Of a stretch of 52,988 nt of DNA, positions 47,073-52,988 are shown in pieces. Location: positions 1-52,988 of the IMG/VR virus record IMGVR_UViG_3300023184_000168; one strand, written 5' to 3'. This DNA comes from a virus. Its lineage: Duplodnaviria > Caudoviricetes. Every line of letters begins with the position of its first letter. Within the stretch, counting starts at the first letter, position 1. Under the pieces are notes generated by a model. It had not been told where the DNA came from. It saw nothing but the letters and a program-made list of their open reading frames with translations, and did not search any database. Position numbers and translations under genes: made by a program.

Positions 47073-47959
47073 TAGATAAATCCTTTACCAGCAAATGATC
47101 CGTTAAGATACCCTGTAACTGAAAAACTTTGCATTTCACTTCTGCTGTACATTGGCAAGCATGTAACTGCGATTGTAGATACCACAGGCACCGAAGCCTT
47201 TCCATAAAACTCGCTATCGTAAATAAAATAATCTACTCCATCAGGAAGTTCTACCCTAAAACTAGTAATTGCAACCGGAACATTCTTTAACATATATTCG
47301 CCATAGGCATCAAGACGGCAAACAGGAGGAGGTGCTCCACTATCACGATCGCCGGTTGACCCGCCTGAACGCATTCTAGTTAATGCTTTTAACAATGTTA
47401 CTGTAGAAAGATACATTCCTGCATCTACCCAGTTTTCTACGGAAAATTTTCCACTAATAGTAATTGGTCCAATACTACTTCTTTGATAAAAATTAATAGG
47501 AAAGTTTGAATGTAATGGATTAGAAGCGGTATAGTCTGCTTTAACATCAAAACTAATACTAGGAGTGAATGGAAATATTATCCCCCCTATATTTGCTAAT
47601 TGGCCGCCGGGGCCGGTTGTACTATCTACCAAATATTTTCCTGGGACTCGTATCCTTACACGCATTGATTCTTCTGATGTGCTTTCGTTTACTCCGTCTG
47701 CATTTAGATATAAAGTTTCAACTTCTGGAAATTCTACTGGCTCAGCACCATCAGGTACTCCGGGCACATCTCTTTCTCCAAATGCCGGGCCACCTTGGCC
47801 GCCTCGACCTCCACCGGCGCCGCCTGCCCACTCGGGAGAGTGACCGGTGTTTCCACCAGAACCACGGCCAGCACCAGCAAGACCTGCCCAAACAGGCGCT
47901 TGACCTGTGTTTCCAAGTATTCCTCTACCAGCACCGGGATTTATCAAATTATCTGCCAT
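47072..47959 (-). CDS. putative tail-tube initiator/baseplate protein (gp48/gp54-like)
   Basis: IIFPFTPSI...GAPPPVCRLDAYG....NVPV.IT motifs; first gene of the baseplate block; Gly-rich N-terminal repeats. Confidence 0.6.
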   Translation of the reverse strand: MADNLINPGAGRGILGNTGQAPVWAGLAGAGRGSGGNTGHSPEWAGGAGGGRGGQGGPAFGERDVPGVPDGAEPVEFPEVETLYLNADGVNESTSEESMRVRIRVPGKYLVDSTTGPGGQLANIGGIIFPFTPSISFDVKADYTASNPLHSNFPINFYQRSSIGPITISGKFSVENWVDAGMYLSTVTLLKALTRMRSGGSTGDRDSGAPPPVCRLDAYGEYMLKNVPVAITSFRVELPDGVDYFIYDSEFYGKASVPVVSTIAVTCLPMYSRSEMQSFSVTGYLNGSFAGKGFI

Positions 47960-47982
47960 GATCTATAATTTCCTATATAGTA

Positions 47983-47989
47983 TATTTAA
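47983..47989 (-). promoter_or_regulatory. late promoter-like TTAAATA heading the structural block
   Basis: TATTTAA on +, upstream of an AGGAA SD (47969-47973, - strand) and ATG 47959. Confidence 0.5.
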
Positions 47990-48019
47990 CCAATAAATAA
48001 AATGCCCTTATAACAATCG

Positions 48020-48049
48020 TTGACATTTGAATTACAAATGTGTTAAACT
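48020..48049 (+). promoter_or_regulatory. sigma70-type promoter for the late sigma gene
   Basis: TTGACA 48020-48025, 18 bp, TGn-TAAACT 48041-48049. Confidence 0.7.
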
Positions 48050-48077
48050 GCTATAACCAAGGAAAATAATAATAACA

Positions 48078-48989
48078 ATGACCACACATATATCCCCAAC
48101 TGGAAAGAAGGTAAAATATTTAAACAACCGTGATTTATTAGCAGAGATACATAGGAGTAAATGCTCATTTAGCAGTTATATATTACCCGAATATCAACAG
48201 CATGATATAATTTTAACTAATATAGATAAGATTAATATAAGAACAGTAGCAGAAGCCAAAAGAAATAGGGCTAAAAGACAAGGTATACTAACGTTTGGGG
48301 CTGCAAGAATTGCAGGTGACAAGAAAATTAAACTTGCAGAATGCACGGCAGACTATAAAACTATAGCCAAAACTGATATCATTATCCGCATAATGACATT
48401 TGAACATATACCAATGGCGCCGGGACGTAAAAAAACTCTAAAGAATACCGCAGATAGTCATGAAAAAGTTAACTTTCCTCCTTTCCAACATTGGAAGTTT
48501 AATGATCAAGATGAACTAATCTGTGTAGGAAAGAGCCACTGGAAAGGTCCAATTGATACTGGCAAATTTAGCAAAGATCACGGACGCATTACAGAAAACT
48601 TAGGTAAAATGTTTATTAAACTAAGCGAAAGATATGCACAAAGAAGCAACTGGCGTGGATATACTTACAATGAAGAGATGCGTGGACAAGCAATTTTACA
48701 ACTAAGTCAAATTGGATTACAATTTGATGAGAGTAAATCAGAAAACCCATTTGCATATTATACCGCAGCAGTTACTAACTCATTTACTCGTGTTCTAAAT
48801 ATTGAGAAAAAGAATCAAAATATCCGAGATGATATGTTAGAAGAGGCAGGATTAACTCCCAGTATGACTCGACAATATAAACAAGAATATGCAGAAGAAA
48901 CTGCTCGTCAAGCGGAACTATACAAACACTTTAGACAACCTAAATCAGAAGAAACAAGTATTGAGGAAGATGAGCAAACTGACATTTGA
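48078..48989 (+). CDS. late-transcription sigma factor, T4 gp55-like
   Basis: YLNNRDLL; NWRGYTY.EEM; FDESKSENPFAYYT....NSF.R....EKK; upstream of gp47/gp46 as in T4-like phages. Confidence 0.85.
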   Translation: MTTHISPTGKKVKYLNNRDLLAEIHRSKCSFSSYILPEYQQHDIILTNIDKINIRTVAEAKRNRAKRQGILTFGAARIAGDKKIKLAECTADYKTIAKTDIIIRIMTFEHIPMAPGRKKTLKNTADSHEKVNFPPFQHWKFNDQDELICVGKSHWKGPIDTGKFSKDHGRITENLGKMFIKLSERYAQRSNWRGYTYNEEMRGQAILQLSQIGLQFDESKSENPFAYYTAAVTNSFTRVLNIEKKNQNIRDDMLEEAGLTPSMTRQYKQEYAEETARQAELYKHFRQPKSEETSIEEDEQTDI

Positions 48990-49014
48990 CTTTTAGATCT
49001 AAAGACCGTAAACT
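48986..49014 (+). promoter_or_regulatory. sigma70-type promoter
   Basis: TTGACT 48986-48991, 17 bp, TAAACT 49009-49014; AGGAG SD follows. Confidence 0.7.
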
Positions 49015-49034
49015 CGTTATTAGGAGAATAATTA

Positions 49035-50048
49035 ATGGCTTTGTTTAAAAAGGTTGCATGTTTTACCGACATACATTTTGGATTAAAATCAAATAGTGCA
49101 TCACATCTAAGAGACTGTGAAGAATTTGTAGACTGGTTTATTCAAGAAGCACAAACTGCTGGGTGTGAAACAGCAATCTTCTTGGGTGATTGGAGTCACA
49201 ACCGTAACAGTCTAAATTTATTCACATTAGATAGTAGTTTAAGATGCTTAGAAAAACTAGGCGCAGCATTTGAACAGTTCTTTTGGTTCCCAGGTAACCA
49301 CGATCTGTTCTATAAAGACAAGCGTGACATTCATTCGAGTGCTTTTGGTCGGCACATTCCAGGCGTCACTGTTGTAGACAGTATATGGACCCGGGATGAT
49401 GTCACCCTTGTACCTTGGTTAATAGGCGATGAGTGGAAGACTATGAAGGATATTAAAAGCCGATATGTCTTTGGTCACTTTGAATTGCCCAAGTTCTTTA
49501 TGAACGCCATGGTACAAATGCCCGATCATGGTGAACTTAGAGCAGAGGACTTTAACGGTCCTGACTATATCTTCAGTGGACACTTTCATAAACGCCAATC
49601 TAATAACAAAGTTATCTATATTGGCAATGCATTTCCGCATAACTTCTCAGATACATGGGATGACAAACGTGGTATGATGACGTTAGAATGGGGTGGTGAG
49701 CCTAATTTTATTGATTGGCCTAACTGTCCTAAGTATAGAACAGTGAAACTTAGCGATTTAATCGATAAAGCCGATGATATTATGAAGTCTAAAATGCATA
49801 TCAAAGTAAATCTCGATATTGATATCAGTTACGAAGAAGCAAACTTCATTAAAGAAACATTCATTAGCAAATACGATATACGTGAAATTAGTCTTATTCA
49901 AGATAAAACTAACATGGAAGGTAATATCGATGACAATCCGGATGCACAGTTTGAAAGTGTTGATCAAATTGTTACCGAGCAATTGATTAATATTGATAGC
50001 GATCAATTTGACAAAACAACTTTACTAGAAATTTATAATAATCTTTAA
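49035..50048 (+). CDS. sbcD: recombination nuclease subunit, gp47/SbcD/Mre11-like
   Basis: Metallophosphoesterase motifs DIHFG, LGD, GNHD, GHFE, SGHFH. Confidence 0.9.
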   Translation: MALFKKVACFTDIHFGLKSNSASHLRDCEEFVDWFIQEAQTAGCETAIFLGDWSHNRNSLNLFTLDSSLRCLEKLGAAFEQFFWFPGNHDLFYKDKRDIHSSAFGRHIPGVTVVDSIWTRDDVTLVPWLIGDEWKTMKDIKSRYVFGHFELPKFFMNAMVQMPDHGELRAEDFNGPDYIFSGHFHKRQSNNKVIYIGNAFPHNFSDTWDDKRGMMTLEWGGEPNFIDWPNCPKYRTVKLSDLIDKADDIMKSKMHIKVNLDIDISYEEANFIKETFISKYDIREISLIQDKTNMEGNIDDNPDAQFESVDQIVTEQLINIDSDQFDKTTLLEIYNNL

Positions 50049-51826
50049 TGTTCCATCTTAAAAATATAACAGTAAAAAACTTCCTCAGTGTAGGAAATCA
50101 AACACAGGCCGTAGACTTTGACAAGCAAGCCTTGACATTAGTATTAGGATCTAACTTGGATCTTGGTGGAGATGACACAGGTTCTCGTAATGGTACAGGT
50201 AAAACTACTATTGTCAATGCACTATCCTATGCATTGTATGGGCAAGCACTAACAAATATTAAAAAAGAAAACTTAATTAACAAAACTAACGGTAAGGCTA
50301 TGCTTGTTACTGTTGAGTTTGAAAAGAATAATACAAAATATCGTATTGAACGTGGTCGTAAACCTAATATATTAAAACTATTTGTTAATGACAATCAATT
50401 AAAAACTGAAGAATCAGAGGACGATAGCCAGGGAGACAGTAGAGAAACACAAAAAGCCATTGAACAGATGCTAGAAATGTCTCATACTATGTTCAAACAT
50501 TTAGTTGCTCTTAACACTTATACCGAGCCATTCTTAAGTATGAAGGCTGCAGATCAGCGTGAGATTATAGAACAACTGTTAGGTATTACGTTATTGTCAG
50601 AAAAAGCAGAAGTACTTAAATTGCAGGTAAAAGAAAGCAAAGAATTAATTACGGCTGAACAATATAAGATAGAAGGTATCAAAGGCGCTAACGAAAATGT
50701 ACAAAAAAGTATTGATAGTTTAGGCATTAAGAGTAGTGCGTGGGAAACAAAGAAGACGGCCGATATAGAAAACATCGGCCGTGCCATGATGAGATTGGAA
50801 ACAGTTGACATTGAAGCAGAACTATTAGCACATGCTCAACTTAAATTGTGGAACGAATATAATATCAAGGTAGCAAATCTTAACAAACAGTCAGCAACAC
50901 TACAATCTGCTGTTGGGCAAGCAGAAAAAAGTCTAACAAAGTATACAAAAGAATTAGAAAGTCTAGCAAACAAGACTTGTCATGCTTGCGAACAAGAACT
51001 TCATGATCATAAACATGAAGAAATGACTGCTAGTGCTACACAAAATCTTAGTGAAGCAAAAAAATACTTTGATAAAGTATCTCAAGACTTACTAAAGATT
51101 GTAGATGAAATTGGTACAGGCGATAAGCCCAGACGTCCACAGACGTTTTACGACACTGAAGCAGAAGCATTAGGGCATAAAAATAATTTAGATAGTCTTG
51201 AAAAGAGTTTAACTACTAGAATTGAGGAATTAAATCCCTATGAAGAACAGATAGAAGAGTTAAAAAAGACCGCTATTCAAGAAATTAATTGGGATATTAT
51301 TAATGCATTGACTAAACTTAAAGATCATCAAGAATTTTTACATAAACTATTAACAAACAAAGATAGTTTTATCCGTAAAAAGATTATTGATCAAAATTTG
51401 AGTTATCTAAACAAACGGTTAAGTTATTATATTGATAAACTTGGATTGCCGCATCGTGTTATTTTTCAAAATGACCTAAATGTTGAGATTACTCAGTTAG
51501 GGCAAGATTTAGATTTTGATAATTTAAGCAGAGGTGAGCGTAATCGACTAATTTTAAGTATGAGTTTTGCATTCAGAGATGTTTGGGAAGGCTTATATCA
51601 AAGCATCAATCTATTGTTTATTGATGAGTTAGTAGATGCTGGCATGGATAGTGCCGGTGTAGAAAGTGCTCTAGCGGTCCTAAAAAAGATGGCCAGGGAA
51701 CGAAATAAGAATATATACTTAATATCACACAAGGACGAGTTAGTAGGCAGGGTAAACAATGTGCTTAGGGTTATTAAAGAAAATGGTTTTACCTCCTACA
51801 GTAACGATGTAGACTATGTCGAATGA
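50048..51826 (+). CDS. sbcC: recombination ATPase subunit, gp46/SbcC/Rad50-like
   Basis: KNFLS, Walker A NGTGKTT, coiled coil with CHAC zinc hook, LSRGE signature, LFIDE, ISH. Confidence 0.92.
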   Translation: MFHLKNITVKNFLSVGNQTQAVDFDKQALTLVLGSNLDLGGDDTGSRNGTGKTTIVNALSYALYGQALTNIKKENLINKTNGKAMLVTVEFEKNNTKYRIERGRKPNILKLFVNDNQLKTEESEDDSQGDSRETQKAIEQMLEMSHTMFKHLVALNTYTEPFLSMKAADQREIIEQLLGITLLSEKAEVLKLQVKESKELITAEQYKIEGIKGANENVQKSIDSLGIKSSAWETKKTADIENIGRAMMRLETVDIEAELLAHAQLKLWNEYNIKVANLNKQSATLQSAVGQAEKSLTKYTKELESLANKTCHACEQELHDHKHEEMTASATQNLSEAKKYFDKVSQDLLKIVDEIGTGDKPRRPQTFYDTEAEALGHKNNLDSLEKSLTTRIEELNPYEEQIEELKKTAIQEINWDIINALTKLKDHQEFLHKLLTNKDSFIRKKIIDQNLSYLNKRLSYYIDKLGLPHRVIFQNDLNVEITQLGQDLDFDNLSRGERNRLILSMSFAFRDVWEGLYQSINLLFIDELVDAGMDSAGVESALAVLKKMARERNKNIYLISHKDELVGRVNNVLRVIKENGFTSYSNDVDYVE

Positions 51827-52142
51827 CTTAATGGACAAATATAAGGATCTATACTCAAGATTTATATCTCACTTTGTAGATTTACATAACTATCATCAAG
51901 CATTTATCAATAGTCCATCGGGTGCAAATGGTGCTCTTGCTAGAAAAAGCATGACCGGTATGATAATAATTGAAAAAGAAATGCGAAAGATGTCGGCTAG
52001 TGTAACTAGAGAACATAAAAAAAATGTCAAAGACGGTATTAAATTAGAAAAGAAAGAGCGGGCAAGAATAAAATCATTGCCAAAAAAACGTGGAAGACCA
52101 CCAACTAAAGGAAAATCAAATGTCATCAACACAACAAATTAA
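51816..52142 (+). CDS. basic protein, possible Hc1-like paralog with AT-hook
   Basis: Helical core resembling the next ORF (A.G..ARK....) and C-terminal KKRGRPP. Confidence 0.55.
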   Translation: MSNDLMDKYKDLYSRFISHFVDLHNYHQAFINSPSGANGALARKSMTGMIIIEKEMRKMSASVTREHKKNVKDGIKLEKKERARIKSLPKKRGRPPTKGKSNVINTTN

Positions 52143-52314
52143 AGATCAAATGGAAGCATTTCTAGCAGAAGATGCAAAATTTACAGCAGGTAATGCTGCT
52201 GCTGGAACCCGTGCTCGCAAAGCATTAGGTGAAGTATCCAAGGCTGTTAAGGCCCGCCGCAATGAAATCACTGCTGAAAAGAATGCCCGCAAGGAAGCCA
52301 AGGCAGCAAAGTAA
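52120..52314 (+). CDS. histone H1-like protein, Hc1 family
   Basis: KF..GNAAAGTRARKAL.E+.K..K..R signature; ATG 52120 after AAGGA. Confidence 0.8.
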   Translation: MSSTQQIKDQMEAFLAEDAKFTAGNAAAGTRARKALGEVSKAVKARRNEITAEKNARKEAKAAK

Positions 52315-52317
52315 TCG

Positions 52318-52746
52318 ATGACTTGGTACCATAAAGGTTCTATAGTTACAGAACTACCCGAGGACTGCGTAGGATTTGTTTATCTTATCTCATGTAATAC
52401 CTCGGGTAGACTTTATGTTGGCAAAAAGTTAGCAAAATTTAGTAAAACGACCTACAAAACTGTAAAGTTGAAGAACGGCACAAAGAAGAAAAAGAAGATT
52501 AGAAGCAAAATAGATAGCGACTGGCAAGATTATTATGGCTCAAACTTAGAACTCAACAAAGACGTTGAGTTATTTGGCAAAGAAAATTTCACAAGAGAAA
52601 TATTGCACTATTGTAAAAGTAAATCAGAAACATCTTACATTGAGGCCCGTGAACAATTCGACCGCAAAGTATTAGAATCAAACGAATATTATAACGGACA
52701 AATTTCTGTCCGTGTCCATGGCTCCCATATAAAAAATAAAATTTAG
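52318..52746 (+). CDS. stand-alone Seg-like GIY-YIG nuclease (catalytic domain only)
   Basis: GFVYLI...GRLYVGKK, YYGS, F.REIL, conserved Glu, YYN; Lys-rich insertion; no C-terminal DNA-binding extension. Confidence 0.8.
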   Translation: MTWYHKGSIVTELPEDCVGFVYLISCNTSGRLYVGKKLAKFSKTTYKTVKLKNGTKKKKKIRSKIDSDWQDYYGSNLELNKDVELFGKENFTREILHYCKSKSETSYIEAREQFDRKVLESNEYYNGQISVRVHGSHIKNKI

Positions 52747-52769
52747 GCTCAGTTACTCGGTTATAAGGC

Positions 52770-52988
52770 TCGCACCTGCTAATTTCTGGTGCCCGGAAAC
52801 CTGGATTTTGGATCACAGGGAGGGAAATCTCTTGCCGATAAGAGTGCTCATCTACTACCCGAAAGGATGAAGATCGCATAATTGCTTGCGGTTTAGATGT
52901 TTGAAGATAAAGAATAAGCAAAATGAAGGGATAGAGACACCCTACGTTTATGTATATGTTAGTGTATATACATAAGCCGCCGCTGGAT
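52770..52988 (+). ncRNA. putative structured non-coding RNA (3'-truncated by window edge)
   Basis: Eight consecutive or nested stems in ~210 nt including a three-way junction, a GAAA tetraloop and G-U pairs that work only on the + strand; no credible ORF. Confidence 0.55.

Noticed and set aside
17765-47961. Numerous short + strand ORFs opposite the structural genes (e.g. 31491-31856, 41476-41895, 47569-47961)
   Set aside because: Antisense shadows of long minus-strand genes; no RBS or recognisable motifs.
52849-52899. Hammerhead ribozyme in the three-way junction
   Set aside because: CUGAUGA core is absent and GAAA is a hairpin loop rather than a junction strand.
52589-52921. 110-aa minus-strand ORF over the GIY-YIG end and hairpin region
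   Set aside because: Overlaps a real gene antisense, TTG start, atypical composition; region is better explained by RNA structure.
1-52988. Stop-codon reassignment, CRISPR array or tRNA genes
   Set aside because: Genes are full length in the standard code with TAA, TAG and TGA all used as stops; no spaced repeat arrays or cloverleaf sequences were seen.

Overview
53-kb segment of a large, AT-rich, T4-like (myovirus-type, probably jumbo) bacteriophage genome read in the standard code; no tRNA, rRNA or CRISPR seen. Three blocks. (1) 1-17215, mostly + strand: a 7-deazaguanine DNA-modification locus (TGT/DpdA-like transglycosylase, QueD-paralog with the DpdL-type LxxxHRHxF motif, QueE) interleaved with a glycosyltransferase, a cupin and two extra radical-SAM enzymes, then a T4 RNase H-like 5'-3' exonuclease, a MoxR AAA+/VWA pair and thyA. 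The glycosyltransferase gene has been broken by a GIY-YIG homing-endonuclease cassette that carries small cargo ORFs, its own promoter and a divergent replacement allele. (2) 17212-47959, - strand: late tail/baseplate genes (three fibre paralogs, a 5048-aa giant protein, gp6-, gp25-, gp5/GH19-, gp27-, gp53- and gp48/54-like genes) preceded by (T)ATAAATA late-promoter motifs. (3) 48078-52988, + strand: gp55-like late sigma factor, gp47/gp46 (Mre11/Rad50), two Hc1-like basic proteins and a minimal GIY-YIG nuclease followed directly by a multi-hairpin, probably structured non-coding RNA running off the window end. Best novelty candidates: the DpdL + glycosyltransferase + cupin + radical-SAM modification cluster, the allele-replacing endonuclease cassette, and the GIY-YIG/structured-RNA pair. 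All family assignments come from motifs recognised by eye, not from database searches.
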